The notes below the pieces were generated by a model. The model ran no database searches. It was given only the letters and a program-made list of their open reading frames with translations, and was not told the DNA's origin. Of a stretch of 64,000 bases of DNA, positions 1 to 8,926 are shown piece by piece. A program made the translations under genes and the position numbers. The DNA lies in the IMG/VR virus record IMGVR_UViG_3300028676_000005, positions 124,001-188,000 of that record; one strand, written 5' to 3'. Each line of letters starts with the position of its first letter. Position 1 is the stretch's first letter.

Positions 1-346
1 TTTGAGGGATAGTCCCATCGACCAGAAAGTTTAACATTGGATTTAACTGTTTTAAAAGTTCGTCTATAGTCATGGGTTTAGTAATAAACGAGTTAGCAGT
101 CCAACGGAAAGTTACTCTAATAGTTCCCGGGCTTTCGCATGTCGGTAGTGATATGCAAAAACGAAGAGCGCGAGAGAGACCATCAGACCGGGTGTAATCA
201 AACATTGCTTCTTCGAGGTTACGACGGATGGTCGCAAGCCAGCAATTACTTAAATGACTTCCCAGCTTTCTACAAAAAGCTTCGTAAATAGCAGAAAGAT
301 CTTTTTCTGATGCAGTAACTTCTGGCACTTCAACCTTATCGGCCAT
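1..346 (-). CDS. hypothetical protein, truncated by window edge (MADKVEVPEV...)
   Basis: Hand-translated: ATG at 346 after AAGGA RBS, open to base 1. Confidence 0.75.
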   Translation of the reverse strand, partial: MADKVEVPEVTASEKDLSAIYEAFCRKLGSHLSNCWLATIRRNLEEAMFDYTRSDGLSRALRFCISLPTCESPGTIRVTFRWTANSFITKPMTIDELLKQLNPMLNFLVDGTIPQ

Positions 347-348
347 GA

Positions 349-774
349 TTAATCCTTTTTAGTTGCAAGTGACGTACCGTAAATAAACGCCTCTTCTGGG
401 GTCATCTTTTCTGTATTGGACACGTACATAATCCAACGCATGGAGATACCACCTTTGGAGGTAATCAGTTTAGGCGGCGGGAATAGATCTTCGGGGAAAC
501 CTTCAGCAATCTGTAAACGAACCTTACCAGCCAACAGGCGCCCAAACAACTGGATAGACAAGTCACCTATTCGTTTCTTTGGTTTTGGCTGACTGTTAAA
601 CGCAGGGCTGTTTAGAAAACCTTCCAAGGCATCGAACTTTTCAATGCCCTCCTGGATAGCAATTCCCAACATAACTGCACGATTTTCTTCAATCCATTGC
701 TGATTAACAACATCTGGTTTATCGCTAAAGACTGACACTGCGTCAGGATCAGGTAAGTAAAACTCTTTGCTCAT
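349..774 (-). CDS. hypothetical protein (141 aa)
   Basis: ORF packed in minus-strand operon, GGAG RBS. Confidence 0.75.
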   Translation of the reverse strand: MSKEFYLPDPDAVSVFSDKPDVVNQQWIEENRAVMLGIAIQEGIEKFDALEGFLNSPAFNSQPKPKKRIGDLSIQLFGRLLAGKVRLQIAEGFPEDLFPPPKLITSKGGISMRWIMYVSNTEKMTPEEAFIYGTSLATKKD

Positions 775-776
775 GA

Positions 777-1370
777 TTAGCTCCAGAAAGCCTTACCAGG
801 CTTAAAGTAGACTTGAGCACGATTAAATACGCAGTACTCAACCTCCCCCGCAGAGCCGTGCCCACTGCCGGCGTGAATAGCACCATCGTAGCCAGCTTGG
901 ACCAATCGACGTATTTCAAAGACGCTGTCGAAGAAACGATAAGCTTGGAAATAAAGATTATTGATATCTTCACCGGCTAACAAATAAGCTTTGACATCCG
1001 CATATTTATTATTAGCGTTAATCCGGTCTCGCCAATTATCAGTCTCCTCAATGTACTTTGAGAAGCGCAAGGCGATACGTTGGGCATCAATTGAACCCAG
1101 AGTGGCGGTAATGTGTTCAAACTCCAGGAACGCGCCCTGAGGTTGGTTAATGAACGGGTTTGCCATCAAGAGGTGCACTGGGAAAATGCGCGACGTATAG
1201 TAGTTACCGTCATTCTCGACAGTATCTGCATAAATCTCGGCGGTCTTAAGACTACCGAAGTAAATACGCCGCATGCGATAAAACGGTTCGATCTGATGCG
1301 GGTGGTTGCACTCACCCCGGTAAAGGGTAAGTGGATTGCCCTCCGCATCCTTAAGAAAGAAAGGATTCAT
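777..1370 (-). CDS. ADP-ribosyltransferase-like protein (ART-PolyVal-like)
   Basis: Motifs LYRG, IYFGS..TAEIYA, IFPVHL..ANP, GYDGAI, EVEYCVF...QV follow the ART fold pattern. Confidence 0.65.
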   Translation of the reverse strand: MNPFFLKDAEGNPLTLYRGECNHPHQIEPFYRMRRIYFGSLKTAEIYADTVENDGNYYTSRIFPVHLLMANPFINQPQGAFLEFEHITATLGSIDAQRIALRFSKYIEETDNWRDRINANNKYADVKAYLLAGEDINNLYFQAYRFFDSVFEIRRLVQAGYDGAIHAGSGHGSAGEVEYCVFNRAQVYFKPGKAFWS

Positions 1371-1372
1371 AC

Positions 1373-1996
1373 TTACTCCTGTTGTTCGCGACGTTCCGGG
1401 TTAAGTAGATACTCTAACTCAAGACGAGTTCTTTCGGCATCTTCTTTCTTGTAGACTTCCTGCAACTCAGCCCACGTCTGCTCGCTAAACTTGTGGTCTA
1501 CCGCCTGAGGGGTACCACTAAACCCAAACTGAGTAAACAACACCAGCCTGCCCTGGAAACGTTGACGACGTTCTTTGGCCATCCAGGTAAGTAAGACCTT
1601 GTCCATGATCTCATCTTCGTCTTCTTCAGTCCACCGGCCATCTTTAACAGGGTCGAGCCATTTCTCTCTGGTATCAACTACCACACCATAGATCTTGGCC
1701 CCTTCCATGATCATGCCGTGGTTACCGTCGTCAATCAGACCTTGCATAATTACCGGGTATGCATCCAGGTCTTGGAAGGCTTGCTTAAGGAAGCCAACTG
1801 GGTCACGAGTAGCACCCAGTTTCAGGCAAAGGTTTTCTTGCAAGAACAAAGGGAGCAGAGGACAAATATAGATATTCATCTTCTTAAGCTTTTTAGGATT
1901 GGTTGTGAAGTTCTCACGAAACCAGGCCAACACATGAAGCTCTTGTTCAAACGGTGTAAGGTCAGTGGGGAATACGTATTCTTTTGCAACGGCCAT
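1373..1996 (-). CDS. hypothetical protein, paralog of 2261-2848
   Basis: Shared NPKKL.KM, D.GNHG, RWT.EDE..IM, GFSG.P motifs. Confidence 0.8.
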   Translation of the reverse strand: MAVAKEYVFPTDLTPFEQELHVLAWFRENFTTNPKKLKKMNIYICPLLPLFLQENLCLKLGATRDPVGFLKQAFQDLDAYPVIMQGLIDDGNHGMIMEGAKIYGVVVDTREKWLDPVKDGRWTEEDEDEIMDKVLLTWMAKERRQRFQGRLVLFTQFGFSGTPQAVDHKFSEQTWAELQEVYKKEDAERTRLELEYLLNPERREQQE

Positions 1997-1999
1997 GAT

Positions 2000-2257
2000 T
2001 TAACCCTGCGGTAAGTCTGAGGTGATAAGCGTTACAGTGGCCTCGCCATCACGGGAAATTACAGCTTTGAATTGATCGCCAAGCTCACCATCTTCAATAA
2101 TTTGCTTTGCAGCCACATCAAGCAATTCATCGATAGGCAAGTTTTCTTTATACAACACATACCAACCTAACCAATCACGGGAAACAATCATCGCCCCTTT
2201 TTGATTATAGCTGTAAGACCGGGGTGCTTTTGGAATATTCTTAGTGCGCTTTTTCAT
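2000..2257 (-). CDS. hypothetical protein (85 aa)
   Basis: Fills gap between paralogs with tight spacing. Confidence 0.7.
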   Translation of the reverse strand: MKKRTKNIPKAPRSYSYNQKGAMIVSRDWLGWYVLYKENLPIDELLDVAAKQIIEDGELGDQFKAVISRDGEATVTLITSDLPQG

Positions 2258-2260
2258 ATG

Positions 2261-2848
2261 TTACCCCTTTACCTTGAGCTCACGATCAAATTTGTAAGGC
2301 ATGCCAGAGAAACCACATTCTGGGAACAACATTACTTTGCCCAGGAAATGAGTTACCCCATTTTCTTCTGCCCAGGTTTCGAATGCTTCTTCCATGATGT
2401 CCATTTCATCTTCCATCGTCCAACGGTCTTTAGCGCGCAGCCAGTTTTTGTTGGTCTTCAGGTTGATACCATAGACCTGATCATCAAAAAACAAAATACC
2501 GTGGTTACCTTCATCCAACATCTGCTTAATAATAAGCATCCAGTTGGTTTTCTCGCGGAAACATGCGATGAAATGAACTACCGGGTCTACTTCCCGATTG
2601 AGAACATTATCCAGTAATGACTTCTGGATAAACCGAGGAACCTGGGCATAAATACGCTTTACCATCTTGACCAACTTCTTGGGGTTGTCCACCCAGTTTT
2701 CGTGGAAGTAGTCGAGGATCTGGTTTTCCTGTTCCATTGGGGTGGTGTCAGGATTGAAAGTAAAGGGAGCTGGTGGGCGTGAGTGGTTTACTGGTTTATC
2801 GTAACCACGGATAGCTCTGGCAAGCTCAGCGTGCAGGTCTTGGGACAT
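2261..2848 (-). CDS. hypothetical protein, paralog of 1373-1996
   Basis: Same shared motifs; AGGAA RBS. Confidence 0.8.
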   Translation of the reverse strand: MSQDLHAELARAIRGYDKPVNHSRPPAPFTFNPDTTPMEQENQILDYFHENWVDNPKKLVKMVKRIYAQVPRFIQKSLLDNVLNREVDPVVHFIACFREKTNWMLIIKQMLDEGNHGILFFDDQVYGINLKTNKNWLRAKDRWTMEDEMDIMEEAFETWAEENGVTHFLGKVMLFPECGFSGMPYKFDRELKVKG

Positions 2849-2874
2849 TGTAAAGTTCCTTGTTTAAAATGTGC

Positions 2875-2898
2875 CTGTGGGGCTTGTGGGCCCCACAG
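2875..2898 (-). terminator. hairpin, possible intrinsic terminator
   Basis: CTGTGGGGC / GCCCCACAG 9-bp inverted repeat in intergenic gap. Confidence 0.5.
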
Positions 2899-2908
2899 AC
2901 GTTATTGG

Positions 2909-3352
2909 TTAAACTGTTTCAGGTACGTTTGCAGCTGGCGTAAGAACTCGGGTCAACGTTGCAAATGCTTCGTTATGGACCGCCTGAAGCCGGCTAGACT
3001 TAGTTGTGTAGCGAGCAAAGATTAACCAGCCTAAACTGATATGGCCGTCGTCAGTCAGGATAGGCGGAACCATGTTACCCAGGATTTCTGGATAACGTGG
3101 TGGTTCAACTACCAGCCAACGAATCAGCGAGTGCATTGCAAAAGAAATCTCACGAAGAGACATTTCCGGACTGAGTTTCTTTTTCCAGAGTACCCAAGGG
3201 TGTTTGGAATTTGGCAACTCGTAGAACGGAGATGGTTCACCTTCAGCCGGAGTGTAATGGTTAGTACGGTTAAAACGATATACCGGATGAAGCGCCAGCG
3301 ACTCATCGAAAGAAGAGCTAGCAGCAATGTTAAATCCCTTAGCCATGGTCAT
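2909..3352 (-). CDS. hypothetical protein (147 aa)
   Basis: ORF with AAGGA RBS in operon. Confidence 0.75.
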   Translation of the reverse strand: MTMAKGFNIAASSSFDESLALHPVYRFNRTNHYTPAEGEPSPFYELPNSKHPWVLWKKKLSPEMSLREISFAMHSLIRWLVVEPPRYPEILGNMVPPILTDDGHISLGWLIFARYTTKSSRLQAVHNEAFATLTRVLTPAANVPETV

Positions 3353-3355
3353 TCC

Positions 3356-3754
3356 TTAATTAGTAGTTGGTACCGGAAACTCTTTGTCGTTGTCGAGCAT
3401 GTGCGCCAGAGAACGCAACAAGGCATCCATCAACGGATCGGTGAGTTTGGATTCGCCGGCAAACAACGTGATGATTTGGTTGGTTTTATCTTTCTTTGCC
3501 TTACACACCGTGGCGAACGGAGTGTTAGTACCCAGGATCTGTTCGGCAATCATGATTGCGATCATGGGGGTGCCGTCTGGCTTGTTACCGGCGCTGGACA
3601 TGAACTGGAAGATGCGGTTCTTGAGTTCAGTCGGTACTTCGCCGTCGCCGAAGGTCAGCAGAGGGACCATGTTGTGAGCGGCGGTATAACGGGACAGCTT
3701 ACCGTGAATGGTGCCGAAGGAGTCTTGCTTAGGCTTGGATTTCTTAGAGGACAT
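3356..3754 (-). CDS. hypothetical protein (132 aa)
   Basis: ORF with AAGGAA RBS; C-ending codon bias. Confidence 0.8.
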   Translation of the reverse strand: MSSKKSKPKQDSFGTIHGKLSRYTAAHNMVPLLTFGDGEVPTELKNRIFQFMSSAGNKPDGTPMIAIMIAEQILGTNTPFATVCKAKKDKTNQIITLFAGESKLTDPLMDALLRSLAHMLDNDKEFPVPTTN

Positions 3755-3766
3755 TACTGTGATTCC

Positions 3767-4267
3767 TTAGTGAAGGGTTGGTTTACCGGAGACTCGCGTA
3801 ATCTGACTTCCATCTGGAACAGGAAGCCCTTTCAATTGGTCCAGTGGGGTTCCGGGTTCTGGTACCGGCATTACACTTTCTTCAATCCTGAACGGGCTGT
3901 CTTCAGCTTCCGTGTATCGAAGGTGTAACAGATTACACAAAGCGCGGATCTCATCACCAGTCAAGGTGGTGTCCGTAAACACTTCGCCATGAACGCCGAG
4001 TGTTTCATCGCTGTTCTCAGCAAAAGGCGACATCACACCGCATTGATGCAATCCTTCGTAGGTGAAGGTTTTCTTGATGTCTTCGCAGAACAACAAACCC
4101 AGTTCATTATTCTGGCCGGTCACAGGGATTACACAAAACATGCGATCGGCAAGCCCTGGGTAATCAACTATATCCGCAACCATGAAAATACCAGTCTGCT
4201 CATGAAGCAAGCAGGTATCTTTTACTTTTTGGATAATGTCGGAGAGCCAAGTAGCGGAAAGCGACAT
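3767..4267 (-). CDS. hypothetical early protein (166 aa)
   Basis: ORF directly downstream of TATATTAC promoter. Confidence 0.8.
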   Translation of the reverse strand: MSLSATWLSDIIQKVKDTCLLHEQTGIFMVADIVDYPGLADRMFCVIPVTGQNNELGLLFCEDIKKTFTYEGLHQCGVMSPFAENSDETLGVHGEVFTDTTLTGDEIRALCNLLHLRYTEAEDSPFRIEESVMPVPEPGTPLDQLKGLPVPDGSQITRVSGKPTLH

Positions 4268-4312
4268 GGGAAAGTTCCTTGCTGTTAATAAAGTTGTTGG
4301 TGTTACATGGTA

Positions 4313-4328
4313 GTAATATAGATCTGAG
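4313..4328 (-). promoter_or_regulatory. putative early (virion RNAP) promoter
   Basis: Minus strand CTCAGATCTATATTAC; TATATTAC is the phiKZ early promoter core. Confidence 0.75.
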
Positions 4329-4333
4329 TATCT

Positions 4334-4651
4334 TTACGGTTTCTTCTTTTTGGCGCTTGGTTTAGCCAGCACATTCACCAGTGGGATACTACCCCAGTGA
4401 TTAGGTTCGATTTTGTAGATTTTGCACAGGGCCGTAATCTGGGTAGTAATGTCAGGTTCACCACTGGCCAGTGCTTCGGCGGCTTCTGCCAGCTCTTTAC
4501 TAAGCTTAGCCAGATGTACCGCCAAATGTTCCATGGCTACTTCTACGGAGAGTTCGTGTTGTGCCGCATACACTGCCACCCAAACAGGGTTAGCTTGTGC
4601 TGGAGTGCGGTTATAACACACCGGGATAAACGTATTCGGTTTTTTACTCAT
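4334..4651 (-). CDS. hypothetical protein (105 aa)
   Basis: Overlaps upstream stop, GGAG RBS. Confidence 0.7.
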   Translation of the reverse strand: MSKKPNTFIPVCYNRTPAQANPVWVAVYAAQHELSVEVAMEHLAVHLAKLSKELAEAAEALASGEPDITTQITALCKIYKIEPNHWGSIPLVNVLAKPSAKKKKP

Positions 4652-4955
4652 TGGTTTTCTCCAGAGCGCTCACAGCTTCGGTTACCATTTGAAAGATTTC
4701 ATTTGGATCGCCGTAGGTAATGACTTCATCGGTTATTACAGTCTTGCAAGCAATTTTTGCTTTTACAGCAAGGATGGGCTCGCAAGTTACAATAACAGAA
4801 TAACTTTCCAGCCCATGGTGTTCTACACTGAGCTTTACATCCTTTACCTCGACATACTTTAACCATCGTTGGTCAGAAGCGGCATCGGGTTTGATAAGGC
4901 TTACTAAACGCAACAACGGGTCTGGTAGTTCGACCAGGACTTGCTCAATGTTCAC
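4644..4955 (-). CDS. hypothetical protein (103 aa)
   Basis: GTG start after AAGGAG. Confidence 0.7.
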   Translation of the reverse strand: MNIEQVLVELPDPLLRLVSLIKPDAASDQRWLKYVEVKDVKLSVEHHGLESYSVIVTCEPILAVKAKIACKTVITDEVITYGDPNEIFQMVTEAVSALEKTNE

Positions 4956-4971
4956 TTGATGCTCCTTGTTG

Positions 4972-5586
4972 CTAGACCAACCCTTGTTGGTGCAACATTG
5001 AATGAATTATTGTGTTGGTTTCTCGGTACGGAATGACACAAAACAAATGATTAACCGAACCGTCCATATTCCACCGAATTGACATTCTTTTACGAACAAC
5101 GTTATCCGTCACAATTTCAGCGTAATTTGTTGTGCCTAAGAAGGAAAAGCTCCATGTGTGCTCAGCAGTTTTAATGCTAAGTTTACCGCTACCAGATCTT
5201 TTCAATTTGTTAACGATCTCTAAAAGCATTGGCTCGAGAACAAAATGCCTCCAAACAAATTCTTCTAGTACGGCGTGAATCTCATTCCAGGGTCCGTAGC
5301 CATGGTGAACAACAGTTCCTGAATCGTGGGCCCAAATACCAAAATTCATCATGACCTTTGTACCACCAGAAATTATCCCAGGAGTAAACATGCCTGAAAC
5401 TTTCTTTATCAACTGGAGGTTATTAATTTCGCCACGATCGTTAACTTCCTCGGTAAAGTAATCAAGGGTATACTCACCAAAATTTACTTTAAGGGGGAGA
5501 TTAATAATCAGCAATTTAGCCATGGCTAAACAGCGGTTGATAGTTTCTTCTTGGCTAAACTTTGGTAAAGAGTCGATTGTAGTCAT
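4972..5586 (-). CDS. hypothetical protein (204 aa)
   Basis: ORF in operon. Confidence 0.75.
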   Translation of the reverse strand: MTTIDSLPKFSQEETINRCLAMAKLLIINLPLKVNFGEYTLDYFTEEVNDRGEINNLQLIKKVSGMFTPGIISGGTKVMMNFGIWAHDSGTVVHHGYGPWNEIHAVLEEFVWRHFVLEPMLLEIVNKLKRSGSGKLSIKTAEHTWSFSFLGTTNYAEIVTDNVVRKRMSIRWNMDGSVNHLFCVIPYRETNTIIHSMLHQQGLV

Positions 5587-5590
5587 GGTA

Positions 5591-5809
5591 TTATCCTTGT
5601 TTGATTACGCCACAGGTAATTGTTAGATAGACACCCTTGTTAGACGCCTTCATGGAAGAGTTAGACCAGCTCTTAATAAAAGACTCCAGCCCGTAACTTT
5701 TTACTACCTGCTCCATAGCTGGTTTACATTCTGGAGCGTAGAAAGTAGTGGTTACTGGGGCTGCACCTTGTACAGACAACACCGCAACAACAAAAGCACT
5801 TGCGCTCAT
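5591..5809 (-). CDS. small putative exported protein
   Basis: Hydrophobic N-terminus, two Cys, GAGGT RBS. Confidence 0.6.
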   Translation of the reverse strand: MSASAFVVAVLSVQGAAPVTTTFYAPECKPAMEQVVKSYGLESFIKSWSNSSMKASNKGVYLTITCGVIKQG

Positions 5810-5840
5810 GACAACACCTCTAAAAAGTAAAAGACAGTAA

Positions 5841-5870
5841 TAACCTGAGAGCCATCTGGCTCTCAGGTTA
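5841..5870 (-). terminator. intrinsic terminator
   Basis: TAACCTGAGAGCC / GGCTCTCAGGTTA 13-bp stem, T-rich tail on minus strand. Confidence 0.75.
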
Positions 5871-5877
5871 TATTCAG

Positions 5878-7161
5878 TTATGCACCAAACAGCCCACCCA
5901 GACCTGGGATACGGCTCAAGATCGAACCGCCTTCATTGCTGTCGCTATCGGTAGAAGCTGGTACGGTTGCAACGACGGTTGCGTCATCATCGTCCAGAAC
6001 TACTGGATTGCGGCCAGGGTAAACTGGAACGTCAACCAGGTAGCTACCCAGGCGAGAACCGCCGACGCCCATCGCACCACCCAGTGCTGCTGCCGCTGCG
6101 GTACGCAGGAAGGTATTGGAGATGTGCTCGTCCAACTGCTCTGCTGCAAAGAAGCTCAGACCAGCACCCACAAACGTACCGGCAATGGAGCCGACAGTGA
6201 ACCCACGCTGTACTTGATCCAGGCTACCCAGGATTACAGCCGAACCCACGGCACACCAGCCGCTGCGGATGCTGTTGTCGTTTTCGCGCAGGAAGCTGTA
6301 ACCGTCCGACTTGGAAGGTTTGTAATCCATTGCGAAAGTGACGAAGTCGGCGAGGTTCTTGACGTTGGAGCTGGAGGTCACGAGGAACATGCCGATAATC
6401 TGGTCCGACTTTTCGAACTGGCCATCAGCCGCTTTCATGAAAGCTTTGTATTCTTTCTTTAGCGACTTGTCGGAGGCGATCCAGGCATTGAACACTTCTT
6501 CCCGCTGGGCGGCGGTTTTCAGTGTGTCTTGTTCTTTGAGACCGGCGATCATCTTCTTCATGCTGTCTTTGATGAAGACGTAGAACTCGGCCAGGATGAC
6601 TTTGTTCAGGCCTTTGCTCAGCATGTCAAACTTGACGTGGTCGCTCTTCTTGCCGCTGCCTTTCTTGATGGCTTTGGCGAGTACGCTCTCGAAACCGGCA
6701 TCGTGGCTGTCTTGGGTTTTCACTTTGACTTTCTTAACGCCAGAAGTTGCCTGGGCGTTTGCCGCGGTGTTGTTGCCTTCTTCGATGGTTACGGTAGTGG
6801 TGTTCATGGTGGCAGTCTCGTTGTTCAGGGAGTGGGGGATTTGTTCGGCGGTGTCGTTACTGGCTGGTTTCAGGTTGAGGTTGACTTCACCTTTCAAACC
6901 GTCTACAGCAATCAGTTGTTCCTTTTCAGGAAGCGTGAACTCCAGCGTTTCCAGCAGGGCTGGGTTCGCTTTCTTGATAAAGGAAACAGAGTGTTTAGCA
7001 CCCAACTCCCTGTTCAGTTCCAACAGCAGAGGGCCGCGCTCAGTATTGTTGACATAAGCACTATCCATGAGATAGTGCTTAAGAACGGCAGGAACGGCAT
7101 CCATACGGTTAGCTGCTCGCAATTCTGCGATTGCCTTCTTAACTGTGTCAAGCTGATGCAT
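5878..7161 (-). CDS. early protein with Gly/Ala-rich hydrophobic C-terminal helices
   Basis: 427 aa; own promoter and terminator; strong codon bias; GxxxG-type segments. Confidence 0.8.
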   Translation of the reverse strand: MHQLDTVKKAIAELRAANRMDAVPAVLKHYLMDSAYVNNTERGPLLLELNRELGAKHSVSFIKKANPALLETLEFTLPEKEQLIAVDGLKGEVNLNLKPASNDTAEQIPHSLNNETATMNTTTVTIEEGNNTAANAQATSGVKKVKVKTQDSHDAGFESVLAKAIKKGSGKKSDHVKFDMLSKGLNKVILAEFYVFIKDSMKKMIAGLKEQDTLKTAAQREEVFNAWIASDKSLKKEYKAFMKAADGQFEKSDQIIGMFLVTSSSNVKNLADFVTFAMDYKPSKSDGYSFLRENDNSIRSGWCAVGSAVILGSLDQVQRGFTVGSIAGTFVGAGLSFFAAEQLDEHISNTFLRTAAAAALGGAMGVGGSRLGSYLVDVPVYPGRNPVVLDDDDATVVATVPASTDSDSNEGGSILSRIPGLGGLFGA

Positions 7162-7219
7162 GTCTTTACTCCTAATAATTTAACGCAGAGTATTAAAAAC
7201 TCTATTGTTACTCACCTAG

Positions 7220-7253
7220 GTAATATAGACATGAACCATGCTAGAAGTTAAAA
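7220..7253 (-). promoter_or_regulatory. putative early promoter, extended form
   Basis: Minus strand TTTTAACTTCTAGCATGGTTCATGTCTATATTAC; near copy at 44052-44085. Confidence 0.8.
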
Positions 7254-7263
7254 AGTTTTATGC

Positions 7264-7710
7264 TTAGACCTTAGGGGGTTTCTTATACCCAAAGTCCAGG
7301 TTATCAAAAATGAGCTGTCGGCCCATCCAGGTTGCAAATACCTGTTCCAGTGCAAGGTGGGTGTGTGGAGTCTCGTCATAGCACAAACTCATATGCCAGA
7401 GCGGAGTTCCGTAAGCGTGCACGTAACCTGCTTCTTTAAGCAGTCTGAACTCTTCTAGGAGTTCGCTGGAGGTAAGGTGGAACACATATGCGTCTCCAAG
7501 CTTACCCATGCCAATAACGTGTGCTCTAAACGTTTTGGTTAGGTCCAGTTCAATCAAGGGCTTGTCATGACCACGTTCATCAAACATGACGGTGGTATGA
7601 AGATGATGCTTATCGCTAGGAGCGGTACCAGCCTCCATTAAGCAAGCATAAATGTCTTCGACCATGTTGTCTTGCAAAGCGACATTGATATAACTGTAAT
7701 CACGTTCCAT
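7264..7710 (-). CDS. 2H phosphodiesterase, Acb1 / T4 gp57B-like (candidate anti-CBASS nuclease)
   Basis: Two catalytic motifs LHTTV (HxT) and WHMSL (HxS) about 70 aa apart; 148 aa. Confidence 0.75.
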   Translation of the reverse strand: MERDYSYINVALQDNMVEDIYACLMEAGTAPSDKHHLHTTVMFDERGHDKPLIELDLTKTFRAHVIGMGKLGDAYVFHLTSSELLEEFRLLKEAGYVHAYGTPLWHMSLCYDETPHTHLALEQVFATWMGRQLIFDNLDFGYKKPPKV

Positions 7711-7721
7711 GATCTTTCCTT

Positions 7722-7767
7722 AAACAAAAAAATAAAGATTGGTAAGTCACTACCCGAAGGTAGTGAC
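7722..7767 (-). terminator. intrinsic terminator
   Basis: GTCACTACC-cgaa-GGTAGTGAC (UUCG loop on minus strand) plus T tract. Confidence 0.75.
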
Positions 7768-7776
7768 CTATACGAT

Positions 7777-8040
7777 TTAACTGACGGGTAGTTTCTTCTT
7801 AAATATCCAGTCATGCAAATCTAGCGCAAACACTATTCCAAAAGCAGCGCCCAGTCCTCCGCTAATAGCCGTAGTCCAGCTGGTAGTAAGAACTAGTGTA
7901 AAGGTAGCTACGTTAAAGACAAACATAAAGAAGGACGTTACAAACAACGTCCACCTGTGTCCACCAATAACGTTCTTGTGCTGAAACCCCTTTATACCAG
8001 CTGCCAGAAAAGCCAGGATAAAACTATAAACGTATATCAT
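7777..8040 (-). CDS. small multi-pass membrane protein
   Basis: 87 aa with three hydrophobic segments. Confidence 0.7.
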   Translation of the reverse strand: MIYVYSFILAFLAAGIKGFQHKNVIGGHRWTLFVTSFFMFVFNVATFTLVLTTSWTTAISGGLGAAFGIVFALDLHDWIFKKKLPVS

Positions 8041-8049
8041 GCTAATTAC

Positions 8050-8394
8050 TCAACGTTTGCCAGCAGACAACATGCGGAAGTTATATTCCAGTTTACTAAC
8101 TGCTTTAGAAGCTATGGCGTGAAGTATTTCTATTTGTTCTTTTTGCCCTTCCGCGAACGTGCACTCATCTTTATCAAAAACCACCAAGGGAGTTTGAGCA
8201 AAGTTGAAATTGTACAATGCCACCTGAGTAGACTTAACCGGACTTAGAAAAACCAGATGATAACCCATGCCGATCAAAAGCACATCTAGATCGACAAAGC
8301 TAGGTTTCAACTCAAACAAGTTGGTTGAACGAACATGCAGACTGAGTATTTTCTCAGCCAGCAGTTTAAGTGATTCTTCTAAATTCGGTTCCAT
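8050..8394 (-). CDS. hypothetical protein (114 aa)
   Basis: ORF in operon. Confidence 0.65.
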   Translation of the reverse strand: MEPNLEESLKLLAEKILSLHVRSTNLFELKPSFVDLDVLLIGMGYHLVFLSPVKSTQVALYNFNFAQTPLVVFDKDECTFAEGQKEQIEILHAIASKAVSKLEYNFRMLSAGKR

Positions 8395-8398
8395 ATTC

Positions 8399-8869
8399 TT
8401 ATCTCAGCTGTGGGTTATACTTACTATAATTATCCACCAGTTCAATAAGAATACTGCGAAACTGATCCGGGTAAACAGCACGACCAGCTTTACCACTAAT
8501 AATCTGGGTTCCATCAAAAGCCATAAACGGTTCGCGGCAACGGGTATGATCAAACTTTTTACCTTTAATAAGGAACCGACGAGTAATCACCACTAAAGGA
8601 ATAGGGGTTTGGGTAACTGTGACACGATAGTCAATTTTGTTTGGAAGATGTGGACTTTCCCAAGGATCGTGTTTACTAGCTACTGTTACATTAAAGTACT
8701 GTAATTGTTTAGCAGTATCTTTAAAGAAACCAACCATGATAAGTCTATCAAAAGCTGTCTTAGCCAGGGCTTTAAGCTCTGGAGTACGCATGGCTTCTTC
8801 AGCAAAGTTACTAGGTTGCAATTTAAGACGACCCATACTACCCATTGTTCTATTTGGTATGTGCAACAT
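8399..8869 (-). CDS. hypothetical protein (156 aa)
   Basis: AGGAG RBS. Confidence 0.75.
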   Translation of the reverse strand: MLHIPNRTMGSMGRLKLQPSNFAEEAMRTPELKALAKTAFDRLIMVGFFKDTAKQLQYFNVTVASKHDPWESPHLPNKIDYRVTVTQTPIPLVVITRRFLIKGKKFDHTRCREPFMAFDGTQIISGKAGRAVYPDQFRSILIELVDNYSKYNPQLR

Positions 8870-8886
8870 AAAAACTCCTAATTAGA

Positions 8887-8916
8887 TAAACTACCTACCT
8901 TGCGGTAGGTAGTTTA
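8887..8916. terminator. hairpin terminator
   Basis: TAAACTACCTACC / GGTAGGTAGTTTA 13-bp stem. Confidence 0.65.
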
Positions 8917-8926
8917 CTTATGGTTA

